From positions 1 to 61,713 of the forward strand of contig JAFXKD010000008.1 in the NCBI GenBank assembly GCA_017531925.1: a DNA stretch of 61,713 bases, written 5' to 3'. This stretch comes from Clostridia bacterium. GTDB lineage: Bacteria > Bacillota > Clostridia > Oscillospirales > CAG-272. Positions 9,182 to 19,862 of this stretch are shown piece after piece (the stretch's first letter is position 1; each line of letters begins with the position of its first letter). Below the pieces are notes generated by a model. It made no database searches. It was not told the DNA's origin and saw only the letters and a list, made by a program, of their open reading frames with translations. A program made the position numbers and the translations under genes.

Positions 9182-11896
9182 TTATTTTTTGAACAATCCC
9201 TCAACAGTCACCTTGTGGGTAGCATTCCATGAGTTGCTCAAAAGATCGCACCAACCTGTTTCAAACCAACCGCGCGCTGTAAACTCAACCGCTTCAACAT
9301 CTGCTGCTGCACCGATCGCTTCATAAGGAATAAATATCTCGATAGTAGAGATATATCCATTTCCCGTCTTTACCGTCTTAGCATAAGATAATGAGCGTCC
9401 TTTAGCCTTTGTTCGGTTGTTTGCAAAGAACATATATTGATCGTCTTCTCCACCCTTGCCGTCAAAGTGGAATTCAATATTCATAAATGTGTACCAGTCG
9501 CCGTTTGTTATAACAGTTACGTCGGGTGACTTTACATGATTGATGGTGACGCCAAATACTATACCTTGATCAGTCAAAGTACCGATTATCTCAACACCGG
9601 CTCCGTTGCCGTTTGCTTTGATTGCATTTGACTTGACGCCTTCTGTATAGATGCTTTCGTCAAAAATTCCGTCAAGCACTATTCCGTTGCCCATATCTAT
9701 GGGCTTTGCAACAAGGATTCCCTCTTCGGTGATATAACCCGTGTTGCAAACATTGTGGTGAACAATGGGAAGCCAGCCGAAATTCGTACCGTTTGCGCAG
9801 ATCATAATCTTATTTATATCCGGTACGTTTTCAAGACAAAGCTCAACAGTCGTAACGAGCTTTCCGTCAACCTCCTCGGTCTTAGATGAACCGTAAGAAA
9901 TATTGCTTGAATACGTTGGAACACCTTCATAGAAGATTACGGTGGAGGAAGTGCCGCCATTGAGCTTGATCTCAATATTATCATTGAGCCACCAGCTGCT
10001 ATTATAAGGACTCCATTCGCCGTGAACAAGCTCAAACGCAATATAGAGATTGCCATTCTTTACCATGCCAACAACCTCAGCAGAAACGTTAGCATTGTTT
10101 GCGATTATCACATCGCCAACGTATTCTCCTTCGTTGATGACTCCGTCAAGAATTACTCCGTCCATATCGAGAGATTCAACAGTTACGCTGATCTCCTTTG
10201 ATCTGCCTGCACACTCAACGGTAATAGTTGCTTCTCCCGTCTTATGTGCCGTAAGAACACCTCTTTCGTCAACCGAAACGGTCTCGGGATCACTTGACGA
10301 ATATCTCACAAAGTAGTCAACGTCGATCGATTTGGATATCTCCAAAATATGCGGGCTGAGTGCCTCTGAGAATACCATTGTTACACTATCATCCGCAATG
10401 ATCTCAAGAGCGTGCTCCTTTTCGCGTTCATCGTACGCAACACCGCCAATAAAGTTAATGCCCTGGTTCACTATTTTCATTATAGCATCGCGGTTTTCAT
10501 CATCCGTGTAAAGCTGCTCGCTTGCAAGCCTTGCTACGCTATCAGAAACAAAGGGTGATGAATATGAATAGCTGCCGTATTCATTTTTGATGTAAGCGAT
10601 AGCTGTATATGAGGTGTTGAGGTCCTCATAGAATACATCTGTGATTTCACAGCTAAAGTAAATGTCGCTATAGACTTCATCGATCTTTTCAACCTTCACC
10701 TCAGCCGTACGTTTTTCATAACCAATATACAATTCGTCCAGCTTTTCGATAAAATTGGAATTGATATTGTTTTTCGCAAGCCCCTCTGTAGGAACGATAA
10801 TAAATCCGTATTCATTCTTGGAAGGAGATTCGTAGCTTGTAAGATTAGCCTTGAACTCAAGTCCAATTTTATCTGCGAGAAGCTTGATCTCACTCTCGAT
10901 GCTTACCTTCTGACCAAAATTGCTTTCGTCATTGCTGTCAAACTCCTCAACCGCAGCTATAAACTGTTCGCCGAGATATTGCTGACCCTCTGCATCAAAA
11001 TGCCAGTTGTCGTGTTGATTGAGAGGCTTACAATCCACGTATCCGGTATTATTGAGATCATCTGCTACCGTGATCATAGCAGTTCTCACCGTCTCCTGAT
11101 ATGCAGGAGGTGCGCTGTTAAACGTATTCCACTTAGGAAGTCCGCAAATAAAGGGAACGCTGCTGCAATCGTATCCGGATGCCTCGGAAAGCGTATTTCT
11201 CATATCGTAAATGAGTGTTTCATACAATTCCCTGTATTCATAAGACATCTGAAGTGTGGACATCTCTGCTTCACCCTGCATCCACCATACACCCTTGATG
11301 ATTGGTGTATAGCCGTCCTCAATAAGAAGAGTGAGAGCTTCATTTACCGTGCTTTCAAAACGGCGATACATATTACCTACCATTGTGTCAACGGTAAGGT
11401 CTATATTATGATTCTTGATATATGTGGGAGACGTCCATGTTCCCTGCTTCAAAGAAACATCATAATTCGTATCGGGGAAAAGATGAGTTGCGCCCCACGC
11501 GCATTTGATGATGGCATTCATCTCGCCGTTATCTGCAATTGCGCTCGCAATACCGATCTCAGCACCCGAACGGTCACTCGCTACACCCATGCCGAGTGTT
11601 ACGGGTTTAAACCCATTGTCAAGATTCTTTCCGTTCCAGCGCTCTTGATTGCCGTAATAAAGTACATTTTCAAACCCGTCAACAAATCTAGGGTCGGATT
11701 CAGCGACGATGTTTCCGGTATCCATGCCATAGCCTACCGCGTTGGATTGACCTGCGATAAGGTAAACGTTGATTACCTTTTCAGTTGAAGTCACATCCCC
11801 GGTAACAGGAGGTTTAGGTATTGGAAAGGGACAAGCCACCAATGATAGTGTCATAATTGCCATCACTAAAATAAGTAAAATTGATTTCATTTTCAT
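9182..11896 (-). CDS. SASA/CE6-like O-acetylesterase lipoprotein with Ig-like and two CBM9-like modules
   Basis: Lipobox LVAC; AGQSNAVG, WMQGE, DNWHF; YSSSDP..VSVD..G.LTA..G.ATIT (Big_2); two LDG...E..Y starts. Confidence 0.8.
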   Translation of the reverse strand: MKMKSILLILVMAIMTLSLVACPFPIPKPPVTGDVTSTEKVINVYLIAGQSNAVGYGMDTGNIVAESDPRFVDGFENVLYYGNQERWNGKNLDNGFKPVTLGMGVASDRSGAEIGIASAIADNGEMNAIIKCAWGATHLFPDTNYDVSLKQGTWTSPTYIKNHNIDLTVDTMVGNMYRRFESTVNEALTLLIEDGYTPIIKGVWWMQGEAEMSTLQMSYEYRELYETLIYDMRNTLSEASGYDCSSVPFICGLPKWNTFNSAPPAYQETVRTAMITVADDLNNTGYVDCKPLNQHDNWHFDAEGQQYLGEQFIAAVEEFDSNDESNFGQKVSIESEIKLLADKIGLEFKANLTSYESPSKNEYGFIIVPTEGLAKNNINSNFIEKLDELYIGYEKRTAEVKVEKIDEVYSDIYFSCEITDVFYEDLNTSYTAIAYIKNEYGSYSYSSPFVSDSVARLASEQLYTDDENRDAIMKIVNQGINFIGGVAYDEREKEHALEIIADDSVTMVFSEALSPHILEISKSIDVDYFVRYSSSDPETVSVDERGVLTAHKTGEATITVECAGRSKEISVTVESLDMDGVILDGVINEGEYVGDVIIANNANVSAEVVGMVKNGNLYIAFELVHGEWSPYNSSWWLNDNIEIKLNGGTSSTVIFYEGVPTYSSNISYGSSKTEEVDGKLVTTVELCLENVPDINKIMICANGTNFGWLPIVHHNVCNTGYITEEGILVAKPIDMGNGIVLDGIFDESIYTEGVKSNAIKANGNGAGVEIIGTLTDQGIVFGVTINHVKSPDVTVITNGDWYTFMNIEFHFDGKGGEDDQYMFFANNRTKAKGRSLSYAKTVKTGNGYISTIEIFIPYEAIGAAADVEAVEFTARGWFETGWCDLLSNSWNATHKVTVEGLFKK

Positions 11897-12000
11897 AAGA
11901 TTTACCTCTTTAAAGATGATTATGTCTTTTCTCCTTTCTTATTATTTATGATTAATACAATTAACCAACGAATTTATATCGGTACTGTGTTTATAACACT

Positions 12001-14277
12001 TTACCAAGGTCTGTATTTGAGAACAACGTCATCAAAATTAATGCGTCTGTCTATCTCAGAATATTTATTCAGATAGTCGATAAGTTCCTCCATCTGCTCA
12101 TAAGTGATATTGATATCCCCGTCGCAAATGGTTACCCTTAACGCCTTTGAATCTATCCAAAATAGCTTTTTCTCAAAATCATCAACGTCAATAGGCAATC
12201 CGTTATCTCTTACGTATTGTTTAAACAATTCGTTTTCGAACAATATGCCTGCGGGCGTATCAAGTGTGTATTCTGACGGAACCTCCTTTGGCTCCAGCTT
12301 CTTTGGCTCGGACTGCTTTTCAAACGCTACGCCATCAAGACATATCTTGGCAGAATCTATAACCGTTTCGGTATTCAAAGCTACATATATCTCATATTCT
12401 CCGTGCTCCAATTCAAATGAATCCGTAAGCTCGCGATAAGATTTTATGTCGTCAATATCGACAGCAACCGAAATACGCTCCGTCGTGTTTGCCTTAACAA
12501 AAGCTTTTTTAAATGCCTTTAATTCTTTTATCGGTCGATATATATCCGATTCTTTTTTGCCTACATATATCTGGATAACATCGTCTCCGTCAATATCGCT
12601 TGAGTTTGTAACGTCCAATGAAACCTTGATCTTTCCATCTTCCACGCCATAATCAAAATTTGAATATTTAAATTTTGAATAGCTTAATCCATATCCAAAC
12701 GGTAATATAAACCCGTCCCGATGCAGATCGTAGTATCTGTATCCCACATACACGTCATCGTGATAGTAGGTATGGTAAATATCTCTCCTTGCATATTCCT
12801 TGTTGATCGGATTCTGCTCGAGAGATGATATCCAAGTTTCAGGTAAACGTCCGCTTGGATTGTGATAACCAAAAAGGTTATTGAAAATCGCCTCAGACTG
12901 TCCTTCTCCAGCGAGATAAGTAACGATCATTGCTTCTGATTGTCCATATACCTCTTTTACATTCACAACGCTTCCGCTTACCAAGACTGTGGCAAAAGCA
13001 CCGAATAATTCTTTGACCATATTCAACACCTTGATCTGCTGCGGTCTAAGCTCTATGGTGCTTCTGTCGATGCCCTCCGATTCATCGTGCTGATACTGAC
13101 CCAAGAAGAGCAATACCTTATCATACTTATTCTGATACTCACGCAATTCCTCAAGGGTAGTTGTTACCTTCTCCTCATCATAGCATTCAACAAAGTCATA
13201 TTCAACATTGTTTGAATTCAAAACATCAATAAAGGTCGTATCCTTATATGCATTTACCCAACCGCTTCCCTTGCCAACGAAACGTGCGTGATTTGCAAAG
13301 TATCCAAGAATAAGAATCTTTTCCGTTTTTGAAACAGGCAAATAATTGTTATCGTTTTTTACCAAAACAACCGTTTTGTCAGCTACGCTGACTGCCTGAG
13401 CATGAAGCTTATCAAGATCAAGCTCGTCCAATTGCTTAGTATTTTTAAATTTTGAAATCGTTTGATATATCTCATTATCTGATTTTATGAGATCTGCATC
13501 ATCAAAGGTCTTTCCGTATCCTCTGTCCATAATATCATAGCTCATTTTTGCTAATGGCATCTCGATATTAAGACCCGTCCTGATAGTAGTTCCCTTATCG
13601 CTCACAGCGCACCAGTCCGACATAATGAGTCCTTTGAAATTAAACTCTTTTCTTAATTTCTTTTGCAACAGATACTCGGATTCATTAACATAAACTCCGT
13701 TTATTCTGTTATATGAGGTCATTATTGACGAAGGATCGGAATATTTAAGTGTATATTTAAATGCTCTTAAATATATCTCATTAAGTGCTCTCAGAGACAC
13801 CTCGCTGCTGTTAACGGTTCTTCCGTGCTCCTGAGAATTACATGCGTAATGCTTGACACATGCGCCGACGTTGTTATCTTCAAGTCCGTTCACATAATTT
13901 GCAGCCAAAATTCCGGTCAAGTACGGATCCTCGGAAAAGTACTCGAAATTTCTGCCGCACATAACGTATCTTTTGATATTTATTCCGGGAGCTAACAGTA
14001 TGTTGGTCCTGTGGTGAAGGCACTCCTTTGCTATCAATTCTCCCGTTTGATAGCATGCTTCTTTATCAAAAGATGCCGCCAATGCGCTTGGAGTTGGCAT
14101 ACAGACAGTCTGAATTACCTCATTCTGCTCCGTAAACCCATTTTTCAGCGGCTTTCGCAATCCGCTTGGGCCATCATTGAGAATGATGACATTTGACGGA
14201 TCGCGATAGCTGGCTATTTCCCATGCAGATAAGCCCGTCAGATATTTATATCTTTTGTATCTTTCGTTTTTATCCAT
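12001..14277 (-). CDS. GH3 beta-glucosidase-like enzyme with Fn3-like C-terminus, cytoplasmic
   Basis: DGPSGLR, ALAASFD, GRNFEYFSEDP, KHYACN, MSDW nucleophile, NPSGRLPETW, PFGYGLSY. Confidence 0.92.
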   Translation of the reverse strand: MDKNERYKRYKYLTGLSAWEIASYRDPSNVIILNDGPSGLRKPLKNGFTEQNEVIQTVCMPTPSALAASFDKEACYQTGELIAKECLHHRTNILLAPGINIKRYVMCGRNFEYFSEDPYLTGILAANYVNGLEDNNVGACVKHYACNSQEHGRTVNSSEVSLRALNEIYLRAFKYTLKYSDPSSIMTSYNRINGVYVNESEYLLQKKLRKEFNFKGLIMSDWCAVSDKGTTIRTGLNIEMPLAKMSYDIMDRGYGKTFDDADLIKSDNEIYQTISKFKNTKQLDELDLDKLHAQAVSVADKTVVLVKNDNNYLPVSKTEKILILGYFANHARFVGKGSGWVNAYKDTTFIDVLNSNNVEYDFVECYDEEKVTTTLEELREYQNKYDKVLLFLGQYQHDESEGIDRSTIELRPQQIKVLNMVKELFGAFATVLVSGSVVNVKEVYGQSEAMIVTYLAGEGQSEAIFNNLFGYHNPSGRLPETWISSLEQNPINKEYARRDIYHTYYHDDVYVGYRYYDLHRDGFILPFGYGLSYSKFKYSNFDYGVEDGKIKVSLDVTNSSDIDGDDVIQIYVGKKESDIYRPIKELKAFKKAFVKANTTERISVAVDIDDIKSYRELTDSFELEHGEYEIYVALNTETVIDSAKICLDGVAFEKQSEPKKLEPKEVPSEYTLDTPAGILFENELFKQYVRDNGLPIDVDDFEKKLFWIDSKALRVTICDGDINITYEQMEELIDYLNKYSEIDRRINFDDVVLKYRPW

Positions 14278-14279
14278 AA

Positions 14280-16064
14280 TCAGTTAATCAGATCGTTTAT
14301 TGAATAATAAGATTCAATGTTTTGCTCCGCTTTTTCATCTCTCGTATTTTTGATCAGATAATTATCTGCCGCGTTTTTAGCAGAGCCGGTGCTTGATACA
14401 TCGTTATAATTGAAGCATAATTTAATGGAATCGGGATCCTCAATACCCAAAGCCTCATAGCTGATATAAAGCTCAAGTGTAAATCCATCCGCTTTGCCGC
14501 CATTGGCAAGACCATTGGTTGTAACGTGGTATTGATAATCAGAAATGTCTTTGTTATATACCATGTTATTTCTCTCCAGTGTTACATCATCGCTATCCAA
14601 TCCCACGCCGTTGCCGTAAACTCTCAAAAGGTTCGCTGCGCTCAAGCAAACGGTAGTTCTTTCGTTTACTTCTCCGTCTGTCAGATATACTATGAAGTCA
14701 TCATTATTTCCCTTTTGACCCATATCGCCTCTGTGCCAATTTTCGCCGTAAGTCCAGATCTCACTGTCCTTGATATCTGCAGCGATATAAAGTCCGATTT
14801 CTCCTTTGATCAGGTATACCTCACCCAAACCGTTGGGCAAAGTATTCTTTTTGGCGTTAGCATATTCAGTCAGTTGACCGTCTATGTAAGACACCTTATC
14901 ACTAACGTTGATCTTAAGAGTATATTCTTTAAGTCCTTCTGCAGTTTTCGCAGTGAACTTTACGTCCTGAGGTCCCAATGTGTTACAGTCATAGGCGGAA
15001 TACTCCTCTACCTTTACGTAACCGGAATAATAATTTGTAAAGATTGCTTTTACGTACTTTGGCAGTTCAACAGTAACACCGTATGGTACGTTGATAACGT
15101 CTTCTTCAATTTTTTCGATAACTCTTGTATCGTTATAAGAGAGGATCTCCGCTGCTATCCTGTTACCCAATACCATATTGCTCTCAGCACCAAAGTGCCA
15201 GGGCTCAAAGGTATTAGTATAAAGATCACAGGTTTTGATCAGGGAAACGTTCTTTAAGGTCTTTGAAACATTTGCCTGTATCTCTCTTAATGTATTAGAA
15301 TATTTTGCACTGTTGGTCAATGCTTCGGTAACTACAACAGGCATATCGCTATTTTCAAAATAGCTTCTGAAGTCATTGATGAAATATGTTAATGCTTTTT
15401 CATAGATCATCATATTATCATCAAATTTTGCATCCTGCTCTCCGTGAACGAACGCCATACCGTCGATAACGACCTCGTATCCGCTGTCATTCAATTCAGC
15501 AATAGCCATTTCAACCAATTGATACAGGTTATTAGTCAATGGGCCGGTTTCATCGCCCTTGAGCGTTTCATTCACTTGGTCGAGATTCAGATAAGCTGAT
15601 ACTTCTTCATCCTCAATCGCGGATGTTGAATACCAATGGTCCGTAAACGTTGAACCGCTTGCGGTATATTTAACTATGACTGTTTTGTATTCAGCATCAA
15701 ATTTGGGATATGCGGAAGCTAATGTCTGACCGATTCCAAGCTCCGGACCGAATTCTGACGGAAAGTCACCGTAACCGGGCTCTAATATATCAATGTATAA
15801 GGATTCATCGATTCCCGGGATATTGCCCAACTCACCCATCGGTAAGCCGTCAGCTAAAATATCCACATCGACATTCTCTTCCTTATCATCCTCACTCAGA
15901 TCCCCAACCAACGCTTTTCCTCGCGCGCCTGACTGACCTGCCAGAACTAAAAGGTGGACCTTTTCGGCATCGGGGTTTTGAGTGGGCGGGAACAGATTAG
16001 GGCAAGCTGTAAGAGTCAACAACGAAAAGCAACAAATCATCAATATTGCTATTACTTTTTTCAT
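14280..16064 (-). CDS. Second SASA/CE6-like esterase lipoprotein (divergent motifs) with C-terminal binding modules
   Basis: Lipobox LTAC; AGQSGARG, FGPELG, HGEQD, EPWHF. Confidence 0.75.
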   Translation of the reverse strand: MKKVIAILMICCFSLLTLTACPNLFPPTQNPDAEKVHLLVLAGQSGARGKALVGDLSEDDKEENVDVDILADGLPMGELGNIPGIDESLYIDILEPGYGDFPSEFGPELGIGQTLASAYPKFDAEYKTVIVKYTASGSTFTDHWYSTSAIEDEEVSAYLNLDQVNETLKGDETGPLTNNLYQLVEMAIAELNDSGYEVVIDGMAFVHGEQDAKFDDNMMIYEKALTYFINDFRSYFENSDMPVVVTEALTNSAKYSNTLREIQANVSKTLKNVSLIKTCDLYTNTFEPWHFGAESNMVLGNRIAAEILSYNDTRVIEKIEEDVINVPYGVTVELPKYVKAIFTNYYSGYVKVEEYSAYDCNTLGPQDVKFTAKTAEGLKEYTLKINVSDKVSYIDGQLTEYANAKKNTLPNGLGEVYLIKGEIGLYIAADIKDSEIWTYGENWHRGDMGQKGNNDDFIVYLTDGEVNERTTVCLSAANLLRVYGNGVGLDSDDVTLERNNMVYNKDISDYQYHVTTNGLANGGKADGFTLELYISYEALGIEDPDSIKLCFNYNDVSSTGSAKNAADNYLIKNTRDEKAEQNIESYYSINDLIN

Positions 16065-16074
16065 TTCTTACCTC

Positions 16075-17736
16075 CTATTTTCCCAATATAACTATCTCGT
16101 TAAGTGAAACAGGTTTGTCTGTTTTTACGCAAATAATAACGTGATCCGCCTCGAATGTATTTAAAAATTCGATCGTAAATGCACTGTTGGGAAATACAAA
16201 TTCATCATTGTCATTAATATATCTGTCATGACAGAACTGAGAATACTGAACAACGTTACCGTTTCCAAAATCGATGTACTCGATCTCCGACACGATCTTT
16301 TCATAAAATGCACTATTATAGATCGCTATACCACCGATTTCATATATCTCGTCGAACCTCAACTCAATAAACGAGTATCCCTTTCCAAGAGCTACCTCTT
16401 TTGCGTCCTCACCCTTGAGATTATAGCAGTCAACGATATAATTGTCATTTATTGCCTCAGCATTGCTGACATTATGAGATTTCACCTGAGCGAAGGGCGC
16501 GATATTTTTATATCCGCTAAGCTCCTCGGGAAGAGGTTGTATTGAATAGGTGGGACCGTTGCAGAACGGAACTCCGTTTTCATCAAAATGCAGATAGTCA
16601 AAAGCAAAATATCTCCTTTCGTATCTGTCATTTGTATCACGTCTCTGATGAGCATGATATCCTATCATTACCTGATCGCCCATATTGAAGAAGCAGTGAT
16701 GTCCCGTACCTGATGCAAATCCCGTCCATTGGTTATAAACCGTGGAATTTTCTATATTGGTTCCCGGATATCCCAAAAGAAGATTTGTCCAGACCCCATT
16801 AGAATCATAAGGCTTTTCAAAGTTGCCAAGGGGTGAATCGGAAACCGCATAGCAAACGTTATAATACTTATTCCAACAACCGTTTACCGAATAAGTCATA
16901 TAATACTTACCGTTTGATTTGATCATAAACGGAGCTTCCGCAATAGGAAGACCGTCTCGAAGCATTTCCCAAGTAAACGGCTTGTAGATGGAGTTAGTGG
17001 AATTTAATGCTCCCGGCACAACTATCTTGGTGTAAGTGGACCAATCTGCCTCATAGGGGCTGTTCATTTTTACACCGACGATGTGCTGATTCTCGTTGCA
17101 TGCAACGCTGTAATACATATACATTTGACCGTCATCGTCAACGAAAACGGTTATATCCAAAACACCGAATGTTTTATTATTATCCAAAAACACCGGTGCT
17201 TCAAGACCGTTTACCTTGTCGTTTTGCAACGGAACGTAAGGACCAAGCGGATTATCAGCTACAACAACGCTGTTGCGGCGAATTCCGTCTTTGTCATTCG
17301 CGCTGTAATACATATAGTAAACGCCGTCAAAGCAATATAATTCCGGCGCATAGATTGCCGCGTCCGCAGACTCCCAGCCGTCATACAGCGAGGGCTCATA
17401 GACCGCCAAATGCTTCTTGTAGGTTACAAAATCCTTTGTGGAATAGCAATCTATAACGTTTCCGTTTCGGTCGCTCGTTCCCACGATATAATACGTATCA
17501 TCTTCAAAGTATATCTGCGGGTCGGGCAACGGTACATCCTTAAGATCGTTGACATACCACATTTTATTGTTGTATGTCAGATCAACACCGTCATATGTGA
17601 GCGTATGATCGATATAATCAGTTCCCTCTTCAATGTTTGATTCAACGGTCTTAGAATAACCTCCCGGATTTAAGCATCCTGACAAAGTTGATAATATCGT
17701 AACCATAATCAATAAAATAGATATTTTTTTGTACAT
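16075..17736 (-). CDS. GH43 glycoside hydrolase lipoprotein, close paralogue of 1444-3087
   Basis: Lipobox LSGC; identical blocks such as LKDVPLPDP, TYSVNGCWNKYYNVCYAVSDSP, GFASGTGHHCFF and EIVILGK. Confidence 0.85.
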   Translation of the reverse strand: MYKKISILLIMVTILSTLSGCLNPGGYSKTVESNIEEGTDYIDHTLTYDGVDLTYNNKMWYVNDLKDVPLPDPQIYFEDDTYYIVGTSDRNGNVIDCYSTKDFVTYKKHLAVYEPSLYDGWESADAAIYAPELYCFDGVYYMYYSANDKDGIRRNSVVVADNPLGPYVPLQNDKVNGLEAPVFLDNNKTFGVLDITVFVDDDGQMYMYYSVACNENQHIVGVKMNSPYEADWSTYTKIVVPGALNSTNSIYKPFTWEMLRDGLPIAEAPFMIKSNGKYYMTYSVNGCWNKYYNVCYAVSDSPLGNFEKPYDSNGVWTNLLLGYPGTNIENSTVYNQWTGFASGTGHHCFFNMGDQVMIGYHAHQRRDTNDRYERRYFAFDYLHFDENGVPFCNGPTYSIQPLPEELSGYKNIAPFAQVKSHNVSNAEAINDNYIVDCYNLKGEDAKEVALGKGYSFIELRFDEIYEIGGIAIYNSAFYEKIVSEIEYIDFGNGNVVQYSQFCHDRYINDNDEFVFPNSAFTIEFLNTFEADHVIICVKTDKPVSLNEIVILGK

Positions 17737-17765
17737 AAACTAAACCTCCGGATCCGTTTGTGATC

Positions 17766-19847
17766 TTAAATCCTGTCTCCGCAGCTTTCATCAAAGAGCA
17801 GGATCTTATCTTTATTAAACGCTAACTCAACATCCGTATGAGGTTTTATTAATACGTTAGTTGAGATCTTTGCAATGATGCTTGTATCCGCCCAATCGGA
17901 ATGGACCAGAAGCTCACTTCCAAGCAATTCAACGATATTTGCATTAGCAACAAACTTATCCGTCTTATTGCCCGTAAATTCAGCATCAAGAACTATGTCC
18001 TCGGGTCTTACTCCCACTCTTATAGGATGTTTGCCCGTTGTCAACGCATTTTCGCATTTAGCCAGAAGGCTTTGAGCAACCTCATAAAGATTGTTCACGA
18101 ACTCGATGTCTGTTGAATTAAGGTTAACCGTGGGCTTTTTCTTCTTTTTGTCCTTCTTGGGCTTTTGATAATACAGGGTATTATCAACCACTATCTCTTC
18201 CTTGCTGAATACCTGAGCGTTGTGCAACATTCCTATATCTGCGGAAGGTATCTTTTCAAATGTCATCAAAGGCTCTCTGATCTTGAGCAAAGCCTTTTTA
18301 TCGATCTTTACGGATTTATCCTTATTGCTCGCTCTGAGATCCGCTATCAATCCCTTGATCTCTTCTCCGCAAGCAATATCCGCTGTTATTTCGATGATCT
18401 CATCAAATACGCTATCAAGTGCAGATAAGCTTGATTTATCGTTTTGACCGTAAATAACCTTATCAAGCACTCTCAATGCGTGCATCTTTTTAAAGTCATC
18501 GGTATTTAACATTCTATTAAGCTCTTTTATCTTAGCTTCATAATACCTATTATGGCGCGAAACGAACTCATCAGAAAGTGATACCTGATATCCGTTTGAA
18601 AATACAAGCTTTCCGTTATCGTATTCCGCATCGAAAATATTCATAGCGGGAGATCCGATAAACGTTGCAACGAAGATATTGTTAGGATTATGATAGATCT
18701 CCTGAGGAGTACCGATCTGCTGTACCCAACCCTTACTCATAACCACGATCTTAGTAGCCATAGTCATCGCTTCTGTCTGATCGTGTGTTACGTAAATTGT
18801 CGTCGCGCCGATCTGCTCGTGTATCCTTACGATCTCACTGCGCATCTGAACTCTGAGCTTTGCATCAAGGTTGGACAGGGGCTCATCCATCAAGAATAAT
18901 TTCGCGTTTCTTACGATAGCTCTTCCAAGAGCAACACGCTGCATCTGTCCACCCGATAATTCCTTGGGTCTTCTGTCAAGATACGAGCCAAGATCAAGTA
19001 TCTCAGCAGCCTCAAATACTCTTGAACGGATCTCCTCCTTGCTCATTTTTACGTAATGATATTGGATCTTCCCGTCCATCGTCAAGCGATATTCTTCATC
19101 AATACCGTAACCCTTGGCAGATATCTTCTTTGTCTCTGCTTCTATATTTGACTCTGCAGTGTTTTTTATAACGTCGTATAACGGAACTCCTTTTACTGAC
19201 TTTTTAAGGTCCTCAACGCGCTCTATATTATACTTGCAGAGTATCTTAGCTGCTTCGTCGCATATTTTTAATTTGGTTGCAATATATTCCACAACCGTTC
19301 CATAGTTCAGGGCTTTATCCTTAGCCTTCTTTTGCGCATCCGTAAGCTCTTCTGCTCTCTTGTCAATAATATCAATGACCTGGTTCCAAGCTTTGACTGC
19401 AGTCGCTTCCATCGGTCTTCTGAATTTGCGGGCGCGAAGCGGAAATGCGATATTATCAAATACCGTCATCTGAGGATACAGGGCATAATTCTGGAATACC
19501 ATAGATATATCGCGATCCTTGCTGCTTGTATAATTTGACAATACCTTATCTATATACAAGTAACCGCTGGTAATCTCTTCAAGACCGGCTATCATACGTA
19601 ACGTAGTCGATTTACCGCAGCCCGAAGGTCCGACCAGAACAATAAAATCATTTTCGGATATATCAATGTTAAAATCGTACACCGCCTGTACTCCGTTAGG
19701 ATAGATCTTATTAATATCCTTTAAGGATACAAAGGCATCGACCTCATTGTTAGATATTTTATTTCCGCTGTTTTTAAGTATTTTGCCTGCTTCGCTGACG
19801 GATACACTCATGCTGCCGTCAACGGGTTTGTTTTCTGTATTAACCAT
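17766..19847 (-). CDS. Sugar ABC transporter ATPase (MsmK/MalK-like) with two large insertions
   Basis: GPSGCGKS, VFQNYALYP, LSGGQMQRVALGR, DEPLSNLD, YVTHDQ, FIGSP, GVRPED (TOBE); 693 aa. Confidence 0.9.
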   Translation of the reverse strand: MVNTENKPVDGSMSVSVSEAGKILKNSGNKISNNEVDAFVSLKDINKIYPNGVQAVYDFNIDISENDFIVLVGPSGCGKSTTLRMIAGLEEITSGYLYIDKVLSNYTSSKDRDISMVFQNYALYPQMTVFDNIAFPLRARKFRRPMEATAVKAWNQVIDIIDKRAEELTDAQKKAKDKALNYGTVVEYIATKLKICDEAAKILCKYNIERVEDLKKSVKGVPLYDVIKNTAESNIEAETKKISAKGYGIDEEYRLTMDGKIQYHYVKMSKEEIRSRVFEAAEILDLGSYLDRRPKELSGGQMQRVALGRAIVRNAKLFLMDEPLSNLDAKLRVQMRSEIVRIHEQIGATTIYVTHDQTEAMTMATKIVVMSKGWVQQIGTPQEIYHNPNNIFVATFIGSPAMNIFDAEYDNGKLVFSNGYQVSLSDEFVSRHNRYYEAKIKELNRMLNTDDFKKMHALRVLDKVIYGQNDKSSLSALDSVFDEIIEITADIACGEEIKGLIADLRASNKDKSVKIDKKALLKIREPLMTFEKIPSADIGMLHNAQVFSKEEIVVDNTLYYQKPKKDKKKKKPTVNLNSTDIEFVNNLYEVAQSLLAKCENALTTGKHPIRVGVRPEDIVLDAEFTGNKTDKFVANANIVELLGSELLVHSDWADTSIIAKISTNVLIKPHTDVELAFNKDKILLFDESCGDRI

Positions 19848-19862
19848 TTGATATACTCCCTA

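Noticed and set aside
10979-15257. Plus-strand ORFs 10979-11788 and 14526-15257
   Set aside because: They lie antisense to well-supported esterase genes and have no independent coding signal.
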